Assembly: GCF_963921235.1 (NCBI RefSeq)
Contig: NC_086097.1
Span: forward strand, 27,964,001-28,028,000
Length of the DNA: 64,000 nucleotides
Direction of reading: 5' to 3'
Source of the DNA: Mobula hypostoma
Taxonomy: Eukaryota
The notes below the pieces were generated by a model. It made no database searches and had not been told where the DNA came from. It saw only the letters and a list, made by a program, of their open reading frames with translations. A program made the translations under genes and the position numbers. Below, one piece after another: positions 37,587-51,264 of this stretch (the stretch's first letter is position 1; each line of letters begins with the position of its first letter).

Positions 37587-39798
37587 ATAGAAACCATAGA
37601 AACTACAGCACAGAAACGGGCCTTTTGGCCCTTCTTGGCTGTGCTGAACCATTTTCTGTCTAGTCCCACTGACCTGCACACGGACCATATCCCTCCATAC
37701 ACCTCCCATCCATGTATCTGTCCAATTTATTCTTAAATGTTAAAAAAGAACCCGCATTTACCACCTCGTCTGGCAGCTCATTCCATACTCCCACCACTCT
37801 CTGTGTGAAGAAGCCCCCCCTAATGTTCCCTTTAAACTTTTCCCCCCTCACCCTAAACCCATGTCCTCTGGTTTTTTTCTCCCCTTGTCTCAGTGGAAAA
37901 AGCCTGCTTGCATTCACTCTATCTATACCCATCATAATTTTATACACCTCTATCAAATCTCCCCTCATTCTTCTACGCTCCAGGGAATAAAGTCCCAACC
38001 TATTCAACCTTTCTCTGTAACTGAGTTTCTCAAGTCCCAGCAACATCCTTGTAAACCTTCTCTGCACTCTTTCAACCTTATTTATGTCCTTCCTGTAATT
38101 TGGTGACCAAAACTGAACACAATACTCCAGATTCGGCCTCACCAATGCCTTATACAACCTCATCATAACATTCCAGCTCTTATACTCAATACTTTGATTA
38201 ATAAAGGCCGATGTACCAAAAGCTCTCTTTACGACCCTATCTACCTGTGATGCCACTTTTAGGGAATTTTGTATTTGTATTCCCAGATCCCTCTGTTCCA
38301 CTGCACTCCTCAGTGCCTTACCATTAACCCTGTATGTTCTACGTTGGTTTGTCCTTCCAACGTGCAATACCTCACACTTGTCAGTATTAAACTCCATTTG
38401 CCATTTTTTAGCCCATTTTTCCAGCTGGTCCAAGTCTCTCTGCAGGCTCTGAAAACCTTCCTTACTGTCTACTACACCTCCAATCTTTGTATCATCAGCA
38501 AACTTGCTGATCCAATTTACCACATTATCATCCAGATCATTGATATAGATGACAAATAACAATGGACCCAGCACTGATCCCTGTGGCACACCACTAGTCA
38601 CAGGCCTCCACTCAGAGAAGCAATTCTCTACCACCACTCTCTGGCTTCTTCCATCGAGCCAATGTCTAATCCAATTTACCACCTCTCCATGTATACCTAG
38701 CGACTGAATTTTCCTAACTAACCTCCCATGCGGGACCTTGTCAAAGGCCGTACTGAAGTCCATGTAGACAATATCCACTGCATTCCCTTCATCCACTTTC
38801 CTGGTAACCTCCTTGAAAAATTCCAATAGATTGGTCAAACATGACCTACCACGCACAAAGCCATGTTGACTCTCCCTAATAAGTCCCAGTCTATCCAAAT
38901 GCTTGTAGATTCTGTCTCTTAGTACTCCCTCCAATAACTTACCTACTGCTGACGTTAAACTTACCGGCCTATAATTTCCCGGATTACTTTTCGATCCTTT
39001 TTTAAATAACGGAACAACATGAGCCACTCTCCAATCCTCCGGCACCTCACCTGTAGACAGCAACATTTTAAATATTTCAGCCAGGGCCCCTGCAATTTCA
39101 ACACTGGTCTCCTTCAAGGTCTGAGGGAACACCCTGTCAGGTCCCGGGGATTTATCCATTTTAATTTTCCTCAAGACAGCAAGGACCTCCTCCTTTTCGA
39201 TCTATACAGTTTCCATGATCTCACTACTTGTTTCCCTTAATTCCATAGACTTCATGCCAGTTTCCTTAGTAAACACAGACGCAAAAAACCTATTTAAGAT
39301 CTCCCCCATTTCCTTTGGTTCCCACATAGCCGACCACTCTGATCTTCAAAAGGACCAATTTTATCCCTTACAATCCTTTTGTTCTTAATATACCTGTAAA
39401 AGCTCTTTGGATTATCCTTCACTTTGACTGCCAAGGCAACCTCATGTCTTCTTTTAGCCCTCCTGATTTCTTTCTTAAGTATTTTCTTGCACTTCTTATA
39501 CTCCTCAAGCACCTTATTTACTCCCTGCTTCCTATACACATCATACAACTCCCTCTTCTTCTTTATCAGAGTTGCAATATCCCTTGAGAACCAAGGTTCC
39601 TTATTCCTATTCACCTTGCCTTTAATTCTGACAGGAACATACAAATTCTGCACTCTCAAAATTTCTGCTTTGAAGGCTTCCCACCTACCGATCACATCCA
39701 TGCCAGAGAACAACCTGTCCCAATCCACGCTTTTTAGATCCTTTCTCATTTCTTCAAATTTGGCCTTCTTCCAGTTAAGAACCTCAACCCTAGGACCA
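37587..39798 (-). mobile_element. Young 5'-truncated CR1 LINE with an uninterrupted 504-aa RT region
   Basis: ORF 37660-39174 (NYRPVSLTS, QHGF, GVPQGSVLGP, FADD); upstream ORF 39294-39749; tail (TTTCTATGG)2. Confidence 0.95.
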
Positions 39799-40829
39799 GA
39801 ACTAATATTTTAGTTCTTGCTGCTCTATTATTGCCTATGCAATATTTGTGCTTTGGAGAATAGGTGGTTGCGTCTGTGAGAATCTCTGTTATAGAGTTTC
39901 CAGATTTCTTAAACCTTTAGCAGACATTCCTTCAGGACCGTAGCGATAAAGTATATTTCATTGACTCAGTACTTTTTGGGATACCTTCCTGCAGGTCATT
40001 CCTCTACCATCTCACATTGTAAACTACAGAATTCACCTAGACATGATGTATTTGCTCTATTAAGTGAAATGTGTCCATACTAGTACCCAGTTTGGAGAGC
40101 AAGTTTTGTGATGGCAAGTTGGGAAGACGAAAGGTCCACTATGTTATGCTGCTCTGGCTTTCCATTAGCCCTTGATTGCCGCGGTGCCCAAGATGTATGA
40201 TAAAGCTTGGACTGCACTTCTCAACTGTGCTGGCAGCTATTCATCCCCTCCCTCACCACCCCATTCACATTCTTTCTCGTTACATCCCTCAACAACAGCA
40301 TTGTCTTCTAGTGCCTTAACTGACCTTGAATGTGGAAAGAAAAATACGTCAGAATGTTTGCCTTCACTACTACAAGGATGCCTCAAGGAAGGAATGATTT
40401 GACACACTACCTGAACCAATGAGGGATACCAACTAAACAAGTAGACACCTCACTTTGCCATCTCTTCTGCTTCTCTAATCCCTTCAAGCATAGTGGCATG
40501 CCATTCTAAGTTCAACCGCTATTCTAAATGTAATGGAACGTGAAAACCTCAGCACAGAATTGGAATACACTCTATAGTAAATTCGAGCCCTATACATTTT
40601 TAAAAATCAGTACTATTGAGTCTTTTACCAGGGTCATCAAAAGATACTAACTGCATAATCAAGAACACAATAAACTTCGATCAAATAAACTGATAATCAT
40701 TTGTATCAAGATTGGTCAGAATTTTAGAAGCAAGGCATTTTTAAATGTGGCTCTTCAGATGAGTGACCAAACAGTGTTTTCAATCTTTTCAGCATCATAA
40801 AGTTGTTTGAAAGCTGCTTACCAGCTAAA

Positions 40830-41165
40830 GAGATGAGCTTTATTTGTCACATGCAAATTGAAACATCGAAACATGGTGAAATGTATCATTTGGCATCAAT
40901 GACCACAGTCAGAGGATGTGATGGGGCAGCCTGTCATCATCATCCTTCAAGCACCAACATGGCACACCCACAAGTCACTAACATTAAGCCTAACCCTAAC
41001 GGTACATCTTTGGAACGTGGGAGGAAACTGAAGCACCCAGAGAAAACCCACATGGTTTTGGAGGGAACATGCAAGGTCCTTATAGACACTATATTCCTTA
41101 TAGTGATTCAAAATCAGTGATCACTAGTGCGTAAGCAATTGTACTAACTACTACAGTACTGTGCC
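40830..41165 (-). mobile_element. V-SINE/HE1-like SINE
   Basis: agctttatttgtcacatg tail; gggaggaaactgaagcacccagagaaaaccca. Confidence 0.72.
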
Positions 41166-41982
41166 CCCTTTCATTAGTAGCAGCAGAGGTGTTCCCCTAT
41201 CAAATGATGTCAACTACTTTCTTCAGTGAAGATTTGTCAGGTGCTGGGAACAATAGAGAAAGGATTGATGAATCCCATAAACAAAATGGAGGCTCTCCCA
41301 GCCACATGTTTATCCACAATATGGATTACCTTGTAATTTGCTTATGTGCAGTTTTCACATACTTGGCACAGGCTTTTGTTTCTAAACTATATGACGGAAA
41401 CTATGTTTCTATGTTACTAAAAACAGGATTGTTATAGGCATGTTTTGAATAAGTGCACAACTTATCACTAGTATAACCAGTCTTTGTTAGAGAAGGGCCT
41501 TTCCCATACCAGCCAGTATTGGAGAACTATGCTTGTGTAATCTTAGCACAAAAAAAGTTGGCACATACATACTGCACACATCTATATGTCTCATGGATTT
41601 GAGGTTCATCCACAAAAATCACAAAACTTGAAACTTCACAAAATTGCTGTTGTCAGCATTCAAATGCAATAGACTATCTGTCCCACTAAGGAATGTGGAA
41701 GCAGTTTTATCACACAGAATGACTGGAGAAAAGAAATTTCTATTACAGTGAAAATAAAGTTGACCAACAAGAAATTGCTTCATTTCTATTAATTCACATA
41801 CTCTGAATTGTTGAGTCTATCAGAGAGTTTCAAATCTTTTAGCTACCTTGGCTAAAATCTAACTACAATTATTATGATATTAACTGTTATTTATTCATTT
41901 CAGGACAAGAACATCTCAGGGAAGGCCAGAATTTAATAGGCTAGATGGTAGTGAGCCATCTTCTTGAAGTAAAAAGATTTAA

Positions 41983-42100
41983 AGATTAGCTTTATTTGTC
42001 ACATGTACATTGAAACATACAGTGAAGTGCATTATTTACATCAAATCAAATCAGCGAGGACTGTGTAGGGCAGCCTGCAAGTGACACTATGCTTCTGGGG
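41983..42100 (-). mobile_element. SINE 3' fragment (same family)
   Basis: gattagctttatttgtcacatgtacattgaaacatacagtga. Confidence 0.65.
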
Positions 42101-42207
42101 CCCAAAAATTACACCATTTCCATATTGGCAACACTCACAAATAAGTGTTCTACATGACTAATAACAACTTGGGCTAAATACTGGTGACAACTGCATAACT
42201 TCGCTCA

Positions 42208-42693
<486 letters not shown>

Positions 42694-42829
42694 CTACGGT
42701 GGGTGTCAGCGAGTCTTCTCCAGAAGCATTTCCACATCAACAGAAGGATCATCCTCAAAAAAGGTTTCCACAGGAGATTCATTCCAATCGCGGCTTGAAT
42801 ATCGATTTCTCATTCCATTAAAAAAAAAA

Positions 42830-43185
42830 TTCCCTTCCTCTCCCCTTTTCTTCCATTCCATACTTTGGTCTCTTGTCTCTCGTCACCTGCCTATCACCTC
42901 CCCCTGGATCCTGCTCCTTCCCTTTCTCCCACCGTCCACTCTACACTCCAAACTGATTCCTTCTTCTCCAGCCCTTTATCTTTGCTATCCACCAGGCTTC
43001 CCAGGCTTCGTCTATCACTTTCCAGCTAGCCACCTTCGTCTCCCCGCACCTTTCTTATTCTGGCATCTTCCTCCCTTCCTTTCCAGTCCTGAAGAAGGAT
43101 CTCAGCCCAAAATGTTGACAGTCTATTCATTTCTATAGATGCTACTTGACTTGCCAAGTTCCTCTAGTGTTTTGTGGGTGTTGGT
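42830..43185 (+). mobile_element. PLE pseudo-LTR fragment
   Basis: Pyrimidine-rich tract followed by cagtcctgaagaaggatctcagcccaaaatgttgac. Confidence 0.7.
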
Positions 43186-43639
43186 TTCCACATGCAAGTT
43201 TTCCCCCTTGGTTTACCGTTTGTTCTGAGTTTCTTTTAAAGAATCTTTCTTTTCAGAAAGGAATTTCTTATCCGTCATTCACATTCCATTCTACACAATG
43301 TCTTAACTGCAATAAAAATACACTAACCATTACATTTTTCTGACAGAATATGCTCATCTGTACTAAGTGATGAAACCAATTCCGTGCACATGGATAGAAT
43401 CTGTACTGGATTTAAAGTCAGACACTAAAAGGGAATTCAGTGCTCCACAAAATCAGAAAAACCTTAAAAGTGATCAGGATATTCTCAAAATTTTCTGCTT
43501 TTATTGCTTCAAATATCTGCGCTATTTCCAACATTAACTACTCCACCTCCCTCTTGCTCTCCATGTTTCTTTCCCTTTACACTCCAATTCTTTGACCAAG
43601 GTTTTCTTTGTCTCTTAATAACTCATCTTTGCATTGCAA

Positions 43640-44100
43640 CCTTGTGATACACCTGTGCAGAGATGGAGATTGTGGAGGAGATGCTGTTGACAACCTGAAC
43701 TGACTAGGGTCTGCAAATGAGGAAATAGTGGAAATGGTCATGGTCTTGGAGCTTATTGTTTAGTTTTGAAAGGATGATAGTGTTGAATGCAGATCTGTAA
43801 TCAATGAAGAGCATCATGATGTATGCATCTTCACTGTCCAAATTTTCCAGAGTTGAGTAAAGAGCCAATGAAATAGCATCTGCTGTGATGGTAGACAAAT
43901 CGGAGCAGATCCAAGTTGCTCCTCAGGTGCGGGTTGATATGTTTCATCACCAACCTCTTAAAGTACTATATCACCATAAACAAGTGATAGACAATAGGTA
44001 TTGAGGCAGATTATCATGTTTTTCTTGGACACCAGTATAAATGAGGCCTGCTTGAAGTAGGTTAGAACCTCAGACTTCCAAAATGAGAGATTAAAGAGAG
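43640..44100 (-). mobile_element. Rex1-type LINE RT fragment
   Basis: ORF 43704-43898 DAISLAL...MLFIDYRSAFNTII. Confidence 0.75.
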
Positions 44101-44387
44101 CATTTAATCCATTCACCTACTTCCTCCACAACTCAATCACATTCTCATGCCTTATCCCTATAAATGATCACATCTTAAGTGCCTCTCTGGCCCTCTTTTT
44201 TAAAGCCCTATTTGACACAATTCAACCAATCTTAGAAGCAGTGAGCTGTAGACATAATGAAATTGTCCAAAATTTTGTTCATCCCTGTATCTTTGTGCTT
44301 TGGTCCTTGATGCTTCCCTCTATTTAACTTATCTAGACCTGTCATGATCCTGTGCACCCAAATAAAATGTCCTGAAACCTCTTTTCG

Positions 44388-45495
44388 AAGTTCAAAGTAA
44401 ACTCATTATCAAAGTGCAAATAGTCACCATATACAACCGTGAGAGGTATTTCCTTGCAGATGTAACACCCTGGGAAAGGTTTCACTGCTAATGTAATAGT
44501 CTTTCTGTAGAAGCAGTGTTTGGGTTATGGTTAGAGATAATGGGTGCTTTGGAATGTGAGCTGTCCAAGGATGGGAGGGTGTTTTCGTGCCGTGTGCCTG
44601 ACACCAGGGTGATCTGGGTCTTTTGTTCGGCGGGAAATGGAGAGAAGACACTGGAGCGGAGCCATGGTCTGACAAAGGCTGGGGAGATTGAGGAGGATCA
44701 GCGAATGGGAAACCATGAACTCCAATGTGCATATTTGACTGTTTCATTAAAATGGGCCCTTTTTTTTTTGCTTTTTCTTCACTAACCCTGTAGTCAGATT
44801 AAGAATTATAAAGCTAAATCGTTCAATTGTATGCAGTGCACTGTCCGTTATTGCATGGTACTGATTTGTAACAGGGTAACAAATCATGCAGCATCCACAC
44901 AAACAGGATGGTTTTGGGGTGGACTCGCATCTCAATCTCACCCATTTGGCGGAGCCAGAGATGGTCTTCCCTAGACTTGCACAGCTGAAAGAACCTGAGG
45001 GTTACACAGACATAATTAATAAATCCATAATAGAATAAAAACCAGAGAACAATCAAGGAAAGACCGCACAAACTGGGTGTTCAACCAGTATGCGAGAGAC
45101 AATAAACTGCAAATACAAAAATAAAGAAATAATAATAATAATAATAAAATAAGAAATAAATAAATAGAGAACAAGCGATGCAGAGTCCTTGAAAGTGAGT
45201 CCATAGATTGTAGGAACATTCCAGTGATGCAAGTTATCTCTCTTGGTTCAACAGCCTGATGGTTGAGAGGTAATAACTGCTCCTGACCTGGTGGTGTGAG
45301 TCCCGAGGCTCCTGTACCTTCTTCCTGAATGCAGCAGCAAGAAGACAGCCTGTCCTGGGTGGTGGGGGTCCCTGAGGATAGATGCTGTTTTCTGTGACAA
45401 CACTCCATGTAGATGTGCTCAGTGGTGGGGAAGGCTTTTCTCATGATGGACTGGGTTGTATTCACTACATTTTGCAGGATTTTCTGTTTCCATAC
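44388..45495 (-). mobile_element. Rex1-type LINE 3' end split by an LTR-like insertion
   Basis: aagttcaaagtaaactcattatcaaagt tail; homologous to 53400-53970. Confidence 0.75.
44461..45006. mobile_element. Probable solo LTR (Gypsy-like), 546 bp
   Basis: Termini TGTAAC...GTTACA; 4-bp TSD caga (44457-44460, 45007-45010); no coding similarity. Confidence 0.7.
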
Positions 45496-45509
45496 CAGTC
45501 TTAAATTCA

Positions 45510-46300
45510 TATAATATTACAGCATAGAAACAGGCCCTTTGTCCCATATAGTCTCTGCCAAACTATTATTCTGCCTAGTCCTATGGACCTGGACCTGGAC
45601 CATATCCCTCCATACCCCTCCCATCCCTGTTGCTATCCACATTTATCTGAAGTTGAAACCAAACCCACTTCTGCTAGCAACTCAGTTCACACTCTCACCA
45701 CACTCTGAATGAAGAAGTTTACACTTGCATTCCCTTTAAACATTTCACCTTTCACCCTTAAACCATGATCTTGAATTCAAGCTCACCTAACCTCAGTGGA
45801 AAAAGCATTTATCCTATCTTTGTATACCTCTATCAAATCTCTCCACATTCTCCTACATTCTAGAGAATATATTCAACCTTTCCCTATAATTCAGATCCTC
45901 AAGTCCCAGCAACAACCTTGTATATTTTCTCTGTACTGTTTCAAATCTTATTTGCATCTTTCCTGTGGGTGGGTGACAAGAACTGCACTCAATACTCCAG
46001 ATTAGGCTTAACCAATGTCTTATACAACTTCAACATAACACATGCCAAGTCCTGTACTCAACACTTTCGATTTATGAAGGACAATGTGCTCTCTTTACAA
46101 CCCTACCTACCTGTAATGCTACTTCCAAGGCATTATGAAATTGTATTCCCAGATCCCTCTGTTCTACTACATTCTGCAGTGCCCTACTGCACTCTCCTCT
46201 CCCCCCCCCCCCACCAAATGCAACATCTCCCACTTGTCTGCTTTAAATTCCATATGCCATTTTTCAACACATTTTTCTAGCTGGTCCAGATCCCAGCTCA
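45510..46300 (-). mobile_element. CR1 3' fragment
   Basis: Collinear with 37600-38440. Confidence 0.8.
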
Positions 46301-46779
46301 ACCTTATATCTAAAGATCCCTCATCCCTGGAACAATTTTGACAAATCTTTTCTTCATCTTCACTTGGATCTTTGCATTATTCTAAAATGTGGTGAAAAAA
46401 ATTGGACCAGTTATTCCTTAACCAGTGTTTCAATCTAGTCGCTTGTTAATGTTTATGCTACTTATCAAGCATGGGATGCCAAACATTTTACTAAATGTTG
46501 CCTAAACATGTTGTGGCACTTTCCTGGGTAAAAATTGTCATTCAAATTTGATTCTCTGATTCCAAACATCCTCTAAAACTGTCATTTACCTTACAAGGTT
46601 TCTGAACATTCTTTTGGCCAAATATGCATTTTACATTTCTCTATATTAAGGTTTTTATGCCACACTCCATTCTGCTTGCTGTAAATCTCAAGTAAATCTC
46701 GAATTTCGTGTGGGGTGAAAAGTGACAAAGGAAGCTGATGCAGAAAGTTCAGTTGCTTGGCATTCAGTATAAAGTAGCC

Positions 46780-47818
46780 AACTGGATTCAACATTGCTTA
46801 GCAGGAGAAGCCAGAGAGTGATTGATAGTAGATAGTTATCCCTGACTGGAGGCCTGTGACTACCAATCTGCTACAGGGATCAGTGCTGGGTCCATTATTG
46901 CTCGTCATAAATATCAATAACTTGGATGATAACAGCACACTGAATCAGCCATTGACAAGATTGGGGGCATAGTGGACAGCGAGGGAGTCTATTAAAGCTT
47001 GCAGTGGAATCTGGACCAGCAAGAAAAATGGGCTAAAAAAAATGGCAAATGCCATTTAATGAAGGAAAATGAGAGATGCTGCAGTTTGGGAGGACAAACC
47101 AGGGGAAGACTTGCATTGTGAATAGTACGGCTCAGAAGTGTGTGGTAGAATAAAGGAATCTGGGAATACATATCCATAATTCCTTGAAAGCACTGTCACA
47201 GTTAGATAAAGACATAAAGAGAGCTTTTGGAATATTGGTCTTCATAAATCAAGACACTGAGTACAGAAGTTGGGATACAATGTTGAAGTTGTACAATATG
47301 TTGGTGAGGCCAAAGTTGAAGTATTGTGTGCAGTTCTGGTTATCTGCATCCAGGAATGATGTCATTAAGATTAAAAGAGTGAAGAGAAAATTTACAAGGA
47401 TGTTGGGATTTGAGTTACGGGAAAAATCGAATAGGTTAGGACTTTATTCCCTAGAATGTAGGAGAACAAGGATAAATCTTATATTGGTATGGAAAATCGA
47501 GGGATACAAATACTGTGAATGCATGCAGGCTTCTTACCCCTCAGGTTGGGTGAGACAAGCACAAAGTATTGGTTTAGAGTGAAAGATGAAATATTTAAGG
47601 GAACATGAGGGAGAGTTCCTTCAATTAGAAACAGCTGCCAGCAGAAGTGGGAGATATATGTTCAATTGTAAGAGAAGTTTGTATAGATACATGGATGGGA
47701 GGGGTTTGGATGGATATGGCCCAGGTGCAGGAAGATAGGACTAGACAGAAGATCAGGTCTGCATGGACTAGATTGGACAAAGGGCCTGCTTCTGTGCTGT
47801 AGTATTCTATGGCTTATG
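46780..47818 (+). mobile_element. CR1 LINE, RT to 3' end
   Basis: cagggatcagtgctgggtcc; ORF 47184-47582 RPKLKYCVQFW; tail ttctatggcttatgg. Confidence 0.85.
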
Positions 47819-49227
47819 GGTGACAGGTAGGGGAAGTGAAGAAATCAGGAAAAATAGTATAATAGTTAGTTTTAAAACATCTTATAATATTTAAGCATGC
47901 TCCCTAATATTGGAATCTTGTTTTAAAACTTCATTCAGATTTCACAGCATTAGGCTTTTGTTTTTGATAAAACATTATGCAAACATAATCTTAGTCTCCA
48001 CATAGTCTTACTATTCAACTTCAATTTAGTCAGTCACACAGTACAGTAACAAGCCCTTCAGCCTACCGCACCCATGCTGCACCCTTCTATAATAATCCCA
48101 TTTTTCTTCTCACATCTTCATCTACTCCATACACCCCTGCACCCAATTACCAACTCCCCACCTACACTAGTCACAAATTACAGTAACCAATTATCAACCA
48201 TCATGACTTTGGCACCTAGACAAAATATCTGAATGCCTAGGGGAAAACGACACCTGATCACAGGGAGAACAAACCACCTCCACACAAACAGCACCCGAGG
48301 TTAACACTGAAGCTGCAAACCACTGACTCTCATTATTTTTTTTAACTATTTTTCCCCTCTTCTTTATTTTCAGTTGCGTTCCAGAACTTTAGAAGAACTG
48401 GTAAAGCAAATTAGCCCACCAGAGGATTCCAGTCCCATAAAGGCATGTAAGAGTAAAATTTCTCACCAGGAACTGTCAGCTGTAAGTTTCACTACACAAA
48501 TCACACTGGGGTACAGAATGAACTGGTATATTAATAATAGATTCATTTATAACGTAGAGCTGTGGGTGAATTCAGCCTCATTTGAGACTTGTATATGTGA
48601 AGAACAACAGGAAGAAATTATTCATGTACAACTGCTAATTATTGGAGAAAGCAGGTATTTTGTTTGCTCTATGTTTGAACAGATTGAGAAGTCAGAGAGA
48701 GAACAATTTGACGAGGTACTAAAAAAGGGAATTATATTTCTGCTGTGAAAGTATTTTGCTGAGAAGGATAAACAACAGCTGTGGATGAGGAAGCAACAAG
48801 GTTATAGGAATGTTGACTTTTTAAAAGCTTCGTGCTAAATTGAGATTTAGTTAAAAAGATAATGGGTTAATAGCATGCCCCTGAATAGAGCTCAATTCTG
48901 AAGCAGTGAGAATAATTTGCATTTATATAGCAACTTCAACACTACAAAACATGAAGGCATTTTGTAGATGCATCACCTATTCTTTAACATTGAAATAACT
49001 CTAGTCAAACAAATTTAAACTGCCAATTGTGGAGCTCCAAGGAACAAGCAATGCGTTTTTTTTTCGCACAGTCAAGAAGCTTGAGAACTTTAGGTTTCAG
49101 CTACTTTTACTCTAGAAGAGAATTTTAAACATTTTGCTTTAGGAATTTGAGACCATATGCAAAACAAATAGTGCTGGTGAACTGTGGTGACATACTGCAG
49201 GATACATACAATACTTAGACAATAACA

Positions 49228-50968
49228 CCGTAAGATGTAGGAGCAGAATTAGGCCATTTGGCCCATCAAGGCTCTCTTCCATTCAACCATAGCTGATCCT
49301 TTATCCCTCCTTCCTCAGCCCTTCTCCCTGTAACCATTGATGCCATTGTCCAAATCAAGAACCTATCAAGCTCTGCCTTAAATACCCCCAACAACCTGGC
49401 CTCCACAGCTGCCTGTTGTAATAAATTCCACAAATTCACCACCCTCTGGCTAAAGAGATTTCTCCACATCTGTTTTAAACGGACACCCCTCTATCCTAAG
49501 GCTGTGTCCTCTTGCCCTAGACTCCCCAACCATGGGAAACATCCTTTCCACATCTACTCTGTCTAAGCCTTTCAACATTCGAAAGATTTCAACGAGATCC
49601 CCCTTATCCTTCTAAATTCCAGTGAGTACAGACCCAGAGCTATCAAACGCTCCTCGCAAAATAACCCTGCCAATCCCGGAATCATCCTTGTGAACCTCCT
49701 CTGTACCCTCTCCAATGCCAGCACATCTTTTCTTAGGTGCGACCAAAACTGTTCACAATACTCAAGATGAGGTCTCACCAGTGCCTTATAAAGCCTCAAT
49801 ATCACATCCCTGCTCTTGTATTCTAGACCTCTTGAGATGAATGTGAACATTGCATTTGTCTTCCTCATCACTGACTCAACCTACAAATTAACCTTTAGGG
49901 TGTTCTGCACAAGGACTCCCAAATCCCCTTGCATCTCAGATTTTTGGATTTTCTCCCCATTTAGAAAATAGTCCACACATTTATTTCTACTACCAAAGTG
50001 CTTGACCATGCATTTTCCAACATTGTATTTCATTTGCCACTCCCTTGACCATTGCCTAATCCGTCCAAGTCCTTCAACAGCCTACATGTTTCCTCAACAC
50101 TACCTGCCCCTCCACCAATCTTCGTATCACTTATAAACTTAGCAAAAAGCCACCTACGCTATTATCCAAATCATTGATATACAGCATCAAAAGCTGTCCT
50201 AACACCGACCCCTGTGGAACACCACTAGTCACTGGCAGTCAACCAGAAAATGATCCTTTTATTCCCAGTCTCTGCCTCCTACCAATCAGCCAATGCTCCA
50301 TCAATGCCAGTAACTTCCCTGTAATACCTTTACTTGGTAAGCAGCCTTGTGTGTGGCACCTTGTCAAAGGGCTTTCTGAAAATCCAAATATACAACACCA
50401 ACTACATCCCCTTTATCTATCCTACTTGTAATCTTCTCAAACAATTCTAACAGGTTCGTCAGGCAAGATTTTCCCTTGGAAACCAATCTGACTTTGTCCT
50501 ATCTTTACCTGTGTCATCAAGTACTCCATAACCTCATTCTTAACAATTGACTCCAACATCTTCCTAACCACTGAGATCAGGCTAACTGGTCTATAATTTC
50601 CTTTCTGCTGCCTTCCTCCTTTCTTAAACAGTGGAATGACATTTGTAATTTTCCAGTTCTCTGGCATCATGCCAAATTCCAATGATTTTTGAAAGATCAT
50701 TACTAATGCCTTCACAATCTCTACCTCTTTCAGAACACTAGGGTGCAGTTCATCCACCCTGGGTGACGGACTTACCTTAGGTCTTTCAGTTTTTTGAGCA
50801 CGTTCTCCCTTGTAATATTAATTGTACTCACTTCTCTTCCCTCACACCCCTCAACATCTGGCACACTGCTAGTGTCTTCCACAGTGAAGACCGATGCAAA
50901 ATATTCATTTAGTTCATCTGCCATCTCCTTGGCCCCTGTTGTTATTTTTTCAGCCTCACTTTCTAGCT
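49228..50968 (-). mobile_element. CR1 LINE
   Basis: ORFs 49572-49871 (RPHLEYCEQFWS) and 50437-50757 (NYRPVSLISVV). Confidence 0.88.
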
Positions 50969-51264
50969 GTCTTCTTCTAAATATACTTCTTTTGAATTAC
51001 CCTCATGCAATTTGCAGCATGTAAATTTCCTTAAATTTACTTTTATATCAACTTAATGATCTACAGATTTCAAGATCTTCTGAAGGACTTGTTAGACTTA
51101 GCAGATGTGGCACCTTTAAGCAGATGAAGGTTCATCAATTTGTTAGCAAATGTATAGTCACTGGAGAAAAAAAATTGAAGACCTGGGGGCAAGATAGTTG
51201 TATTGGAGGAAAATAAGAAATTGTTGTTTCTGTGTGTGAAAAAGACATAGTTTGCTCCTAACAT

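Noticed and set aside
37660..39174. 504-aa ORF as a host gene or autonomous element
   Set aside because: It is CR1 reverse transcriptase from a 5'-truncated copy with an upstream stop and frameshift and no endonuclease
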